A DNA stretch of 59,803 nucleotides from IMG/VR virus record IMGVR_UViG_3300032285_002123, positions 1 to 59,803 of that record, one strand, 5' to 3'. The notes under the pieces are model-generated. The model was not told where the DNA came from. It ran no database searches and saw only the letters and a program-made list of their open reading frames with translations. Made by a program: the position numbers and the translations under genes. This DNA comes from a virus (taxonomy: Duplodnaviria; Caudoviricetes). Positions 29,801-40,061 of this stretch are shown here, piece by piece. The first letter of the stretch is position 1; every line of letters begins with the position of its first letter.

Positions 29801-31457
29801 TGTTGTTTTCATTAAATGCCTGATCATAATCAAGCATGTCAATGTTTCCTGTTGATGATAGAAGTTGTCCTACTGGCATACCGCTGCTACCTAGGTCAGA
29901 TAAATGTTTTGTAATAGAAAAGTTTGTTGTTCTATCAGAAAGATCTACAGCAAGTCTTGGGGATAGTTCAATAAGATCAAAGGTGGCATCTGTAATTGTC
30001 ATTTCATCTACAGAAACCCTAAGACCCTTTATGTATTGAAGTTCTCTATAAACTGTTGACGAATTATCTGTAAATGATTTAAGTGCTGATATTGAAAGAT
30101 CTTTTAAAAACCCTTTATTTTTAGGTGCTGTTTCAGAATTTACATACCAGCCATATGTTGGTACAAGTGGTGTGTAATAATTGTCTGATTTTGTTGATGA
30201 TGTACCACCATTTGAAATCCAGTATTCTCCTGGTCCAGATGTACTAGTTACAAGATAAGCATAGCCAAGCGGTGCTTCAATTGGAACTGGTGCTAATGAA
30301 GAATATTCTCCAGCAAACACAATATGTTCTGGATATGAAGACATGTCATTTGTTAAACCATATGCAAGCTCAATATATCCATCTGAATTAATTGTTGTAT
30401 TTTCATCAAAATCTTTTAGCAAATTCCAGTTATTTGAATTATCAAGATATTCTATTTTCCATATTTTTGGAACAGCTTTATTTGAATCTCCATAAAAAGG
30501 ATCATCAATTGAACCATCTACTGTTTGATATGGACCAAGATTAACATCTCCAACCTTGGTTTGCATTTTTAAAATAATTCTATTTGTTGGAATTTGATTT
30601 TTATAAACAATAAATGGTGAAGCATCATCAATATAGTTATATCCAAACTCATAATATGAAATTCCTCTAGGTTGTTCATATTGTCTATTAACCAATGCAG
30701 ATCCATGCCCCGACGGTATTGAAATTGAAGAAATTTCTGGATCTAAATAAACCTTAAATGCGGAAGACGATGCTGCCTTAACAATAAAACTTCCTGTGGT
30801 TACATCATTTGCTCCAGATTTAGAAATTACGACATCTGATATGTTTACAAAATCTCCAGGTTCAAAATCATTGTCTGCTGTCATGAGTGCAACTTTTCCA
30901 ACGTTAGAATTTCTAATAGAAACATTGGTAATATCTGCTGTAAGCTCTATTGTTTTTGCTTCATATCTTAGTGATGTCCAATATTTAAATTTGTCATCTA
31001 CCCCAGGAAAATAAAATCGTGGCTGAAGTGCCATATCTTTTGTAACTCTTGGAAGATATTTGCCATCAAAATATATTGCTTTATTGATTCCTGATCGTGG
31101 TCTAAAACGATTAAAACAATCTTCAAGAGAGAATAGCTTTTTGTATTTTTCTTTTTTAGATGTAAAGATATTTGGTTGACCATCATCTTTGTATCCTCCA
31201 TCAACTACGGTGTCGGAATCTGTAGCACCAAAATAACGAGGATTTAATGTTGCATTTGTTTCTTTAGAAAATGATGTTGGAAGTGTTGCATAAGCAAAAT
31301 CATCATCGCCTTCTTGAGCATTTGGTCTGTAAAAATAATTTCCAATCTCATCAATGTTTTCAGCAATGTTAAGATTCCATTCAGCAGTAATCAAAGACTG
31401 TGATTTAATTGTTGAAGAGTTTTCAATATAATTTTTAAGATCTGTATTCTGCCACAT
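26895..31457 (-). CDS. Large minor tail (hub/central fibre) protein
   Basis: 1520 aa, two genes downstream of the tape measure. Confidence 0.75.
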   Translation of the reverse strand: MWQNTDLKNYIENSSTIKSQSLITAEWNLNIAENIDEIGNYFYRPNAQEGDDDFAYATLPTSFSKETNATLNPRYFGATDSDTVVDGGYKDDGQPNIFTSKKEKYKKLFSLEDCFNRFRPRSGINKAIYFDGKYLPRVTKDMALQPRFYFPGVDDKFKYWTSLRYEAKTIELTADITNVSIRNSNVGKVALMTADNDFEPGDFVNISDVVISKSGANDVTTGSFIVKAASSSAFKVYLDPEISSISIPSGHGSALVNRQYEQPRGISYYEFGYNYIDDASPFIVYKNQIPTNRIILKMQTKVGDVNLGPYQTVDGSIDDPFYGDSNKAVPKIWKIEYLDNSNNWNLLKDFDENTTINSDGYIELAYGLTNDMSSYPEHIVFAGEYSSLAPVPIEAPLGYAYLVTSTSGPGEYWISNGGTSSTKSDNYYTPLVPTYGWYVNSETAPKNKGFLKDLSISALKSFTDNSSTVYRELQYIKGLRVSVDEMTITDATFDLIELSPRLAVDLSDRTTNFSITKHLSDLGSSGMPVGQLLSSTGNIDMLDYDQAFNENNTDSILHSISTKNLQIKFYESIFDNSGHVYYVPIKTMYADGFPQISNTNRHVSVTLRDMLFYFESIIANQILIPECSLSMAVSSLLDSIGFSNYTFKRITDHEPQIPYFFVGPDTTVAKVLQDLAMSTQTAMFFDEMNNLVLMEKEYMLPGATDRPTDITLYGSEENNKLANIVQVKSEQDDVYNDGKITYSTKYIQRSYGSLAQANVLDSEKTWIYKPVLLWEVSPEDTTKSWNDELSKQTAYSLSAIALNSDLSDQVPTVSNGVIINNTIDLGDSIYWLSRYNGYFYANGEIIRFDAVEYNVGGTVGNVWIANVEEYQRYFAQLSFGGKLYPTGKIRIYSEPFYDSTTLKEGAVSKHGRGQFGTTITSHSAGVPTSWTDGSNQKRFMMTSKYMFNGGLLPDTYKNYAAGNLEDVITDANARNSVPPAKASGLIKNFLSSKYFSETSSTQSNSSNVPVIQSSALTLEGPSYPKEYNPQDFVNYVSKTLDNKFVHFGTRMRIIGSVDDQSVKYQTPVGTMPYYTVPDINNNAVNIGGSSGGIGIWVNPATNCGYYFEIVALTNATANAYTTSGSQISSLFFYKVESQATNKMGIPIVLWNGYAPITVDDGKFVGQDRTATQQTPTVYDISVEYENSGSGVKFYLYLNNKLVGTVVDNQPINQTSTIALFERGSSKVMFENVYAVASNYSQNNSSMTKAPIASVFSDEGVLNNNALAKYAPSSAIQKTFLQGINPQGSPDYNLYFEEFGTLMREMAYFNIRYDKAYPALSAKITPTFNNTKGYVTSGFVANAYGAEFLVFNATDSTLNLDSTSGNYLRIQGVSFTQQSQHDLTVDEFLSKKSDLSNPQYGSNNKVYNVQFGQQYADINKSRITYGKKAFTIAAPYIQTQQSAEELMAWLTNKIMQPKKAVGVEILPNSMIQLGDIVTIDYLEHGIKQLALTSDTRFVVYSIEYSNSESGPTMTLYLSEVV

Positions 31458-31458
31458 G

Positions 31459-32067
31459 TTACGCCTCTTCTAGTGTAACATTTATGTTCCATAGATCGAA
31501 GTTAGATCCACCACGCTTTTCAATACTATAGTCAAAACTTGAAATAAACATTTCTAGTACCTGGCTATATTCGCTTAAGTGTCCATATGCTGCACTATCT
31601 TTCCCAAATTCAATATATTTGTCATATGATAAATATACCCAAAAAGATCCAACGTGGTTTTGATACCAGTCAAGAAGCTCGTTACCACCAGCACCACCAT
31701 CTACAGTATTGTAATATTCTGATGATAATCCAGTTGATGAATTAAAGTTTGCAGGAAGATCGAAAGATCTAGAAGGAATCATGTTCCACGATGTTGAAAT
31801 TGTAAGTTTGTCTGCAATGTGGTATGAACGCATACGACCATTAATCATACGCTCTCTGTGTTCTATACGAGTTGTTTTAATATCAATTGGGCCTCTATTG
31901 TGATCTGAAAGAATTATAAAGTCGCTACCCTCTGCTCCTGTTGGAATATAAACAGGTTTATTCTGACTATTGTTTTGAAGAGTTCCAGGACCATTTGCCC
32001 AAAGCATTGCTTCTGGACGTGCATATTTATATCGTCCTTCCATATATGCTGGGGTAACGTCAGTCAC
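31459..32067 (-). CDS. Distal-tail-like minor tail protein
   Basis: Directly follows the tape measure; ends WNINVTLEEA. Confidence 0.65.
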   Translation of the reverse strand: MTDVTPAYMEGRYKYARPEAMLWANGPGTLQNNSQNKPVYIPTGAEGSDFIILSDHNRGPIDIKTTRIEHRERMINGRMRSYHIADKLTISTSWNMIPSRSFDLPANFNSSTGLSSEYYNTVDGGAGGNELLDWYQNHVGSFWVYLSYDKYIEFGKDSAAYGHLSEYSQVLEMFISSFDYSIEKRGGSNFDLWNINVTLEEA

Positions 32068-35000
32068 TAGAATCTACTTCCTCTCACTTGCTGAGATTCA
32101 ATTCTGTGAATCTTGTCTAAAACAACATTTGCAATTTCATGTGCATCTGCATTAGTCTCAGCATTAACTGTAATACTATAATTATACACTGAATCACCAC
32201 CATGAATATTGGCATTTGATTCGTTGTTTCCAATACCCTCGCCATTGTTAATTGCATTAAGTGTTGCAGTACCAATTTTATCTACAGAAGACTTTTTAAT
32301 AACAAATTCTCCTGGGGTAAGCATAGCAGGAACAATATCTGTACCTTTTGAATATCCACCAGCTGCAAAATATGATGGAACCATTCCACCTGCTGAGAAT
32401 TTAAACTTAGTTCCACCAAGAGTTGCATAATCAGCTGTGTTTGCTGCTGCATTTTGTCTAGCGGTAATTTGATCTCTTGTAAGACCTCCAACGGTAATTG
32501 CATTGATAGCTGCTGTTTGCGCATCTTGCATTGCTTGCTTTTGTGCAGCTAGAGCACTTGATTGTGCATTTGCTTGAGCGGTTTGTGCAGCAGCTGCAGC
32601 AGCAGCAATGTCACCACGAGAAAGGGCATCAGCAATTGTAAGTTGATCTTTCTTTTGTTGATTAATCTTGTCGTTTGCTTGTTGAATCTTATCAAGGGCA
32701 GCGATACGGTCAGAATAGGTTTTATTAATTGCTGTTTCTTCACGACCAATAATGTTTAGTGCTGCAGTATATTTGTCTGCTTGTTTTTGAGCGGCAGATG
32801 TTCCAGCTCCACTAGCTGATGGAAGAGGTGTTGTTCCGTTACCACCAACAACTTTATTTGCAGCTTGCATTGCAGTTGTGGCATCTTTAGCTAATTTGGC
32901 TGCATAAGCCATTCTTTGAGCATCTGTAATCTTTTTTGCACTATTGGCAATTGTTGTTTCTGCAAATGAGCCTTGAGTTGTTGGGTTTATTCCAGCCTTA
33001 CTTGCAAGCCATGCTGCAACATCTGTATCATTAATAGTTGCATTAACATGAGCAAAATATTGAAGTGCAAACTTTTGATCCATTGCTGGAAGAGAATTAA
33101 ACCATGCAGCTTGTGACTTTAGTCCAGCAAAATCACCCTTTGATATGGCTTCAAACGTTATTTGCTTAGTTCCATTATTTGTAAGTTTGTTAATATTATC
33201 AAATTCTGATTTTATTTTATCTTGACCATTAATTGTCATATTAATTGTTGTTTCAAGAACCTTTTTATCTGATATTTTATTATAAAAATCTATTAAGTCT
33301 TTATTTTTGCCAATATTTGAAAGAGCTTGTGTTGTTGCGGTACCAGAAAGTTGTGTATTGTTTGCAATAAATCCAGTTGTTGCAATATCTCCAACACTAG
33401 CTAATGATGATTGATAGGCAGAAATAGAACCCTTTGTTTTTAAAAGATTTGTTACAGAATTTATGTTTGATGAATTTAAAGAATTGTTTGCATATTGTGC
33501 TTGTAAAACAGCAGCTAATTTTGCTCGGTCTAAGATTGATGCAGAAGAATCTATAGTTCCATTAGAAGAAATATCATTTATTGTATTGATGTTTTTATCC
33601 ATTAAATCTTTTGTATTTTGATCTGCAGAAGAATATCTTGAACTTCCTTTAATATATTGAGAAAACTTATCGCCTTGATATGCATTTGCACTTTCTATTG
33701 AGCTTATTTGATCGTTTGTTAAGTTTGCAAATGGCTTAAAAAGTAAATCTCTAGACTTTTTTGCTTGTTCCATTATTTTTTGAAGATCTTGATTTTGTTT
33801 TGAACTATCTTCATTTTTAAATTGATCAGATGCTTTGAGTGCTGTAATTGCTTGATCGGTTAATCCATATGTTGAATAAGCATTTGTTGTTCCAGCAGTT
33901 TGATCTCCAGATTTATAAAATCCTTGTGTTGTTTGTTGGCTTTGTTGAATAAGTTGAATGTTAACATCAAGAGGATTATTTTTAAGGTTTTCACCATTTG
34001 GACCCAAAATTGTATTCATTTGTCCAGTAATTGCAATAGTAATTGCTTGGTCATTAAGCTTATTTCCAATACTAGCAGCAAGTGATTTAGCTTGATCAGT
34101 GGTTAGTACACCCTGTGCAATATATGATGAGAATTGATAAGCAAGGTTTTTACCAATTTCTTGACCAGTTTTTCCAGCTGCAGATTGAGTTGCTATATCG
34201 TCAAGAATTTGCTTACCAATATCTGTAGAAAGAATCTTATTTCCTGCAGCCAAGGCAGCATCAGCTGTTGTTCCTGTGCCAAGACCTGCTGCAGATGTAG
34301 AAGCTTTTGCCCTTGCTGCTTCTATATATGAAACAGTTCCAGTTGCTTGTGACATTGCAACTACCTTGTCAGTAGTAGCAGACATAGAATCTGCTAGCTT
34401 TTGAGAGGCTTTAATCTGATCGTTGTATGCATTTGTTACCAATGTAATTACAGACACAAGTCCACCTAGTGCAGCACCTGCTAATGCTCCTTCTGGACCA
34501 ATCATCATTCCAAGTGACGCAAAGTTTGCTACTGGAGCTAATGCTCCTGCTACCTGGCCCACAGGACCTCCCACGGCACTTAGAGCGTCAATACCAATAG
34601 AAGCACCCATAGCAGCACCCATACCAGCACCGCTACCCATAAACTTACCAAACTTGCTATTACCAAACTTAGAAGCACGACTAGATCCAAACAATCCTCC
34701 ACCAGATGATGCTGTTTGCTCTTCTGTTGCAGTATTTAACATTGCCGAATATCTCTTTTCAGATTCTGAAAGACCTTCATCTGAAAGAGCTTCTCCATTA
34801 GCAATTTCTATTTGCTTTTTTCTTACTCTAGTTAATTGTCCTTTTACCTCTTTTGAAGAATTTTCATAAACTTTCATTTCTTCTGCAGTAAATAGTTCTT
34901 GGGCAAGTATTTTTTTCTTTTGTATTGTATCTGATTGAACAACTTTTGTATTTTCTGAAACAGCAGTTATATTTTCATCTACGGCTTTTGATAACAAAGA

Positions 35001-37688
35001 ATACTTAGCATATCCTTTAGCTCCAGAAATTGGAGATGTTTGTGTTCCACCTGCGCCACTTACAAGATAAACTGTTTCTCCTGCAGAAGAAATAAAGTTT
35101 GTTGTTGATTTTTTATTTCCAGGTTTTTGAATAGTTTCAATTTGAGGATTATTTTCTGGCAATCCACTATTTGATATTCTAATTGAGTTTGCTTGATTTG
35201 CTAATTTTTCTAGTGCTGTTGCAGATTCTTTCATTGCACCAGTTTTTAATTTTGCTGCATTAAGAACTTCTTTTGTTGCATCTGCTAGTAACTGATCATC
35301 TATTAATCCAGATTCTGTGGCTTTAGCCATTTCAATTGCTCTGTCGTGAATTTTTGTTTCAAGAGTTCTTAATGATTCAACAATTTTTTTATCTTCTATA
35401 TTTATTCCAGCAGCTTGTGCAGAACCAAGAAGTTTATCATATCTTGAATTCCATTGTGAAGAAAAAAATTCTTGAGTTGCACCACCAGATTTAAGACGTT
35501 GATTTAAAGCATATGGTGTATCTGCAACTAGTCCTCCAAGAACTTTAACGTTTTGTGGAAATAATTTTGCAAACTCTTGCTGTCCAGGAGACATGCTTGC
35601 TATTGCATTTTCATATTGTGGGGATCCTGGTTCAAAAGGCATTGTGAGGTGTGCTCTTTCAAGTTTTATTTTTGCAGTTTCAGGGAACATCTTTCCTGTA
35701 ACAACATTTGGAACAACGGCTACCTTTTGTGCCTCACGAGCATATCCACCTTGAATATTAACCATTCTTTGAAGTTCATCATTGTATAGTGCTAGAGCTT
35801 CTCTTGTTGCTGTAATTGTTTGCTTATATTTTGCGTGTACCTGCTCAAGTGAAGATGCTGCTGAATATGCCTTAAGCTGTGTTTCAGTCATGTATGCAGT
35901 TTGTGAGCCAAGCTCTTTAGAACTTTTACCAATGTTATTGATGAATGACTTAAAGTTTGCAAAAAGTTTAATTAGGTTAGCAATACCGTTACCGACAAGA
36001 CCAATACCCATAAGAACAACTGGACCAATAACACCGAGGGCAATTACAAGTGTTCCAATTACACTCTTGATTCCTGAATTAAGTCCATTGAACCAATTAA
36101 GTGCTCCGTTTACAAAACCAAGAATTGGACTAAGAACTTGAAGGAATTGTTTACCAATTGGAATAAGTGCTGCTTGTACTTCAGCAAGTGCTTTCTTGTA
36201 TTGGTAAAGAGGTGAATTTTGAATCTGCTTAAGTTCTCGGTCAGCAATAATTTGAGCAGCTGCTGGACCTTGATCTGCAAGTTTCATAACCTGGTATGCT
36301 TGACTATTTGTATCTGTAATGTTCTTAAATAGTGTTGAAATACGAGCAAACTGGAACTTTCCAAACATCTTTTCAATTGCTTGTGCTCTGTTTGTTGGAT
36401 CAAGTTTATCTAGTGCTGATGCAAAGTCTACTACGGTCTTTCTAATGTTACCCTTGTCATCAGCGACAATTTGCTTAATATTAATTCCAAAACCACTAAG
36501 CATTTTAGTAGCAGCAGCGGTAGGATTAATCATTGCTGCTAGACCAGACTTAATTGCGTTAGCACCTTCTGCAGCATTAATTCCACCTTCTTTCATAGCA
36601 GTTAGGAAGAATGTAAGGTCTTCTACACTACCGCCAAGTTGTTTAACAACTGGAGCAGCCTTTGGAATAGCTGTTGTAAGGTCAGAGATGTTTGTTACTG
36701 TTTGGTTTTCTACTGCGTTAAGGAAGTTAATCTTTCCCTTTAGTTGATCTGCAGAAATACCAAAAGCGTTAGTAAGTGATATAGTGGTTTGTAGAGCTTT
36801 CTGTTGGTCTACCCCACCAAGAACAGAAAGAGTTGTTGCTGAATCAATTTGTGCTAGAAGGTCTGCACCTTGCTTACCCATAGCAGCAGCCTCAGCAGCA
36901 AGTTTCATTGTATCTGCTACTTGCACACCATACTTGGTGAATGTCATTGCAAGGTTTTGAACTTGGTCAGCCATCTGGTTTGTTTCAGCCATGCTGGTAT
37001 TTAGATCACCATAAACACGCTTAAAGTCTACGACAGACTGTTCCATTGTTGAGAATGCTTTAACAGCAACTTGACCAAATGCAACAAGTGGAAGGGTGAA
37101 ACCCATCATAAGCTGGCGACCAGCCCACTGTGTATTTTTACCCCAGTTTAGAAGATTTGTAGATCCTTGTGTAAGAAGCTGGTTAAGAATCTGTTGTCTC
37201 TGAGCTGCAATCTGAGTTTTTGTTCCTAGGTCTTGCATGTCAAGAGTTGCTGGTTTAATCTTGATTGCTTGAACAGCACCATTTGCAGTATTACCAAGTT
37301 TAATGTATTGACTTTGTGCTTCCTTAACACGGTCAATAGCAACCTGTTGAATGGTGTCAAACTCACCGCTAAAAGCTTTACCAAAAGACTTTGAGGCTGC
37401 AAGACTATAGCGAAAATACTCTCCCATTGAGAGTTTATTCTTTTCAAGTGCTGTAGTAAATGCTTCTGTTGTTGATGCAACAGTTGTCATTGAAGCGGTA
37501 AAGTTACCAGTACCATTAATACCATTAATTAATGATTGCTGAAGCTTTGAGGCTTCCATCTGGGCAGCAGCACCAGAACGCCCCATTTCCTGCTGGAATA
37601 CTGAAATCTGTCTCTGCAGTGCTTTTAGGCTTTCCAAAGCACTAGTAGTGTCAATATTGACCCTAATATTAGATTGGATTTCAGACAT
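32067..37688 (-). CDS. Tape measure protein
   Basis: 1873 aa, Ala/Gly-rich helical, TP901-type core, hydrophobic segments, DIVPAMLTPGEFV C-terminal motif. Confidence 0.93.
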   Translation of the reverse strand: MSEIQSNIRVNIDTTSALESLKALQRQISVFQQEMGRSGAAAQMEASKLQQSLINGINGTGNFTASMTTVASTTEAFTTALEKNKLSMGEYFRYSLAASKSFGKAFSGEFDTIQQVAIDRVKEAQSQYIKLGNTANGAVQAIKIKPATLDMQDLGTKTQIAAQRQQILNQLLTQGSTNLLNWGKNTQWAGRQLMMGFTLPLVAFGQVAVKAFSTMEQSVVDFKRVYGDLNTSMAETNQMADQVQNLAMTFTKYGVQVADTMKLAAEAAAMGKQGADLLAQIDSATTLSVLGGVDQQKALQTTISLTNAFGISADQLKGKINFLNAVENQTVTNISDLTTAIPKAAPVVKQLGGSVEDLTFFLTAMKEGGINAAEGANAIKSGLAAMINPTAAATKMLSGFGINIKQIVADDKGNIRKTVVDFASALDKLDPTNRAQAIEKMFGKFQFARISTLFKNITDTNSQAYQVMKLADQGPAAAQIIADRELKQIQNSPLYQYKKALAEVQAALIPIGKQFLQVLSPILGFVNGALNWFNGLNSGIKSVIGTLVIALGVIGPVVLMGIGLVGNGIANLIKLFANFKSFINNIGKSSKELGSQTAYMTETQLKAYSAASSLEQVHAKYKQTITATREALALYNDELQRMVNIQGGYAREAQKVAVVPNVVTGKMFPETAKIKLERAHLTMPFEPGSPQYENAIASMSPGQQEFAKLFPQNVKVLGGLVADTPYALNQRLKSGGATQEFFSSQWNSRYDKLLGSAQAAGINIEDKKIVESLRTLETKIHDRAIEMAKATESGLIDDQLLADATKEVLNAAKLKTGAMKESATALEKLANQANSIRISNSGLPENNPQIETIQKPGNKKSTTNFISSAGETVYLVSGAGGTQTSPISGAKGYAKYSLLSKAVDENITAVSENTKVVQSDTIQKKKILAQELFTAEEMKVYENSSKEVKGQLTRVRKKQIEIANGEALSDEGLSESEKRYSAMLNTATEEQTASSGGGLFGSSRASKFGNSKFGKFMGSGAGMGAAMGASIGIDALSAVGGPVGQVAGALAPVANFASLGMMIGPEGALAGAALGGLVSVITLVTNAYNDQIKASQKLADSMSATTDKVVAMSQATGTVSYIEAARAKASTSAAGLGTGTTADAALAAGNKILSTDIGKQILDDIATQSAAGKTGQEIGKNLAYQFSSYIAQGVLTTDQAKSLAASIGNKLNDQAITIAITGQMNTILGPNGENLKNNPLDVNIQLIQQSQQTTQGFYKSGDQTAGTTNAYSTYGLTDQAITALKASDQFKNEDSSKQNQDLQKIMEQAKKSRDLLFKPFANLTNDQISSIESANAYQGDKFSQYIKGSSRYSSADQNTKDLMDKNINTINDISSNGTIDSSASILDRAKLAAVLQAQYANNSLNSSNINSVTNLLKTKGSISAYQSSLASVGDIATTGFIANNTQLSGTATTQALSNIGKNKDLIDFYNKISDKKVLETTINMTINGQDKIKSEFDNINKLTNNGTKQITFEAISKGDFAGLKSQAAWFNSLPAMDQKFALQYFAHVNATINDTDVAAWLASKAGINPTTQGSFAETTIANSAKKITDAQRMAYAAKLAKDATTAMQAANKVVGGNGTTPLPSASGAGTSAAQKQADKYTAALNIIGREETAINKTYSDRIAALDKIQQANDKINQQKKDQLTIADALSRGDIAAAAAAAQTAQANAQSSALAAQKQAMQDAQTAAINAITVGGLTRDQITARQNAAANTADYATLGGTKFKFSAGGMVPSYFAAGGYSKGTDIVPAMLTPGEFVIKKSSVDKIGTATLNAINNGEGIGNNESNANIHGGDSVYNYSITVNAETNADAHEIANVVLDKIHRIESQQVRGSRF

Positions 37689-37706
37689 TCATTTACACCT
37701 CGTTTA

Positions 37707-38018
37707 TTAAGCTGCTAGGTTAGTAAAAGATTCTCCAAGCTTAATGCCTGATGCCTCTTCAACAATAACATATACAGTTGGAAGGTCAAGAATATCTTCA
37801 AGATCCTTTCCTGCAGTCTCTGGAGCGTACTGCTTCATTGCAATTGCAACACATTCAAGAAGAACATCAATTGACTTCTCGTTGTCATCTGCAACCTGAG
37901 AAATTTCATCAAACTTCTTCATAAATTCTTTTAGTAGTGAAATCTTTAGTGGACGTGCTGAGATGGTTGTTCCATCTAGTAGTTCGATTTCTTTTGGTTC
38001 ATTAATAATTGTAGCCAA
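37707..38018 (-). CDS. Tail assembly chaperone, short (G-like) paralog
   Basis: Lies between major tail and tape measure; own TGA-TATAAT promoter and SD AAGGAGG. Confidence 0.75.
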   Translation of the reverse strand: MATIINEPKEIELLDGTTISARPLKISLLKEFMKKFDEISQVADDNEKSIDVLLECVAIAMKQYAPETAGKDLEDILDLPTVYVIVEEASGIKLGESFTNLAA

Positions 38019-38065
38019 TGGTTCCTCCTTGTAGGGCTTTATTAAATTATATCATAATTGATTGT

Positions 38066-38764
38066 TTAAAGATTGCTCTCATATTCCATACCCATGCCAA
38101 TACCAAATCCTGAATTGGCTGCTTTTATACCTTGATATGACAAGATGTCGTTTGGATCACCAGTTGCATTATCGCTAAATACTCTAGCTTTCATGGCTTC
38201 CCATGGATCAGGCTCATTTGAACCTTCACCCATTTCATTGTCTAGATCAATACCTTTAAGTGCAGCTGTAAATTTTTTGTCTTGATATTCAAGATCTCTT
38301 TTTGCATTTAGTGTTATTGTTATTTCTGGCATTGATAGAGATGTTTCAAGTTCTTCGTAATCTTTCCAAATACCCAGCAAAAATAACTCTGATTCAAGTT
38401 TTGCTAAGTCAAGATTTGCCCAAGAGTTTTCACTACTTTTTTCTGCTTGATCTTTTACTGTTTCTTTTTCATTATTTGCATCAATTTTAATACCTGCGCC
38501 AATTTCCAAAATTTTATAAATGTTTGCTAGATTAAAACTATCTTCAAGATCTTCTGTTGTTTTTATTGATGGCATATATTGTTTCATTGTTGCCAATGCA
38601 CACTTTACTAAAACATCTATTGACTCAAGATCATTTTTTGTGTTTGCCATTTCTTCAAATAAAATCATTACTTCTTTTAAATATTTTACTTTTAATGGTG
38701 TTAAATAAACTTCTTCGTCATTGACTGTATAAATGGTTAATGATTCATAAATATCTGTAGGCAC
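38066..38764 (-). CDS. Tail assembly chaperone, long (GT-like) paralog
   Basis: N-terminal ~100 aa align with 37707..38018, followed by a ~130-aa extension; leaderless GTG start. Confidence 0.75.
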   Translation of the reverse strand: MPTDIYESLTIYTVNDEEVYLTPLKVKYLKEVMILFEEMANTKNDLESIDVLVKCALATMKQYMPSIKTTEDLEDSFNLANIYKILEIGAGIKIDANNEKETVKDQAEKSSENSWANLDLAKLESELFLLGIWKDYEELETSLSMPEITITLNAKRDLEYQDKKFTAALKGIDLDNEMGEGSNEPDPWEAMKARVFSDNATGDPNDILSYQGIKAANSGFGIGMGMEYESNL

Positions 38765-38784
38765 TATATAAGTATAGCAAAATG

Positions 38785-38812
38785 AAAAATGCCCAGGGTA
38801 TTAACCTGGGCA
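38785..38812 (-). terminator. Intrinsic terminator after major tail gene
   Basis: TGCCCAGG/CCTGGGCA stem followed by TTTTT. Confidence 0.8.
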
Positions 38813-38836
38813 GATTTCTATTAAATTATAAATTGC

Positions 38837-39463
38837 TTAGGATGTTGTGATAGTCCATGTGCGGTCAACGATCTTTCCGTAGTTAGCGTTGTCGTCTGGA
38901 AGTAGACGGAATGTAACTGCGAACTCAGTAGCTGCGTCACGCTTTGCTGCGACACTAACATTCTGAATTGAAAGAACACGGTAAGCAACGTAAACACGCT
39001 CAGTGTTAGCTGATGCGGTTGCGTCACCTGTTCCTGGACCAACAGCGATAAGACCAGCCTCAACTGGAACCTCACCAATGTCACCTGCAGCTATAGTTAG
39101 CTCCTTCTTGTCATCGGTTAGCTGTGATGCCTTACCTGCAATTGAGAATAGAAGATTCTCAAGTGTAGCTTCAGCAAATGAAGTCTTAAGTTCTACCTTC
39201 ATTCCCTGCTTGTAGAGTCTTGCTGTGTCAAGAATCTGGTCAACAGTTACTTCACCAAAGTTTGGTGTGAACATAAGTTCAAGACCTGTTGATGTATAGC
39301 CAACATTGGTCCAGTTTGAAGCTGCAGTAACAGTATCTTTATAAGACTTTGTTGCCTCAAAAGCTGGTGCTGTAGTGCTACCTGTTAGTGGACCTGACTT
39401 GTGCGTAAAAAGTGCAGCAGCACCGACGATGATCTGTGCTGAATTGCCTCTTGTATATGCCAT
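38837..39463 (-). CDS. Major tail (tube) protein
   Basis: IIVGAAALF..VGYTSTG..FAEATLENL..FRLLPD; SD GAGGTG; followed by a terminator. Confidence 0.85.
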   Translation of the reverse strand: MAYTRGNSAQIIVGAAALFTHKSGPLTGSTTAPAFEATKSYKDTVTAASNWTNVGYTSTGLELMFTPNFGEVTVDQILDTARLYKQGMKVELKTSFAEATLENLLFSIAGKASQLTDDKKELTIAAGDIGEVPVEAGLIAVGPGTGDATASANTERVYVAYRVLSIQNVSVAAKRDAATEFAVTFRLLPDDNANYGKIVDRTWTITTS

Positions 39464-39539
39464 ATTTTTTTCACCTCTTATTTCTATAGAATAATGTGGT
39501 GGTGCGTTTCCTCACTTTAAGTATAATGGGTCTTTTAAA

Positions 39540-40061
39540 CTATTGCTCTGTTGACATGTGATAGTCAAATTCAATAATTAACTTGTTACCGCCATAAGTT
39601 CTGGCTGTGGCAAACTGAATAATGTCTTTAGTTTCTTGAAGTTGAAACAATCTAAACCTGTGAAAAAAGAAATCTGGAGTAAGTTCTTGACCATCAACAA
39701 TAATTGATCCCTTGTTTGCAGCCCATAGGTTTAGTTCTTGTGCAGTTTCATCTTCACGGTCCATAAGCCTTAAAGCTTTTTCAACAATCTTAATCATATT
39801 CATTGTTGAGTTTTCTGCTGTTGCATAAAAGTAATAAATAACCTGCTGTGTCTTAATGTGAGGAAATGGTGACTTTCTAAGTCTAATCATTTTGTCATAT
39901 GTACACATAACTCCACCTGGTGGAAAAAATTCTGTTAAGTCGTTAACTGTAGATGGTGTAGCAGGAAAAAATGGCACAGTTTCAAAACCAAGCTCTTTTA
40001 GACTATCTTGCAAATATGCATTAATCCAAAGAATTGGTGTGTTAGTAATTGGTGTTACCAT
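39540..40061 (-). CDS. Putative tail terminator protein
   Basis: Immediately upstream of the major tail gene; typical size. Confidence 0.55.
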   Translation of the reverse strand: MVTPITNTPILWINAYLQDSLKELGFETVPFFPATPSTVNDLTEFFPPGGVMCTYDKMIRLRKSPFPHIKTQQVIYYFYATAENSTMNMIKIVEKALRLMDREDETAQELNLWAANKGSIIVDGQELTPDFFFHRFRLFQLQETKDIIQFATARTYGGNKLIIEFDYHMSTEQ

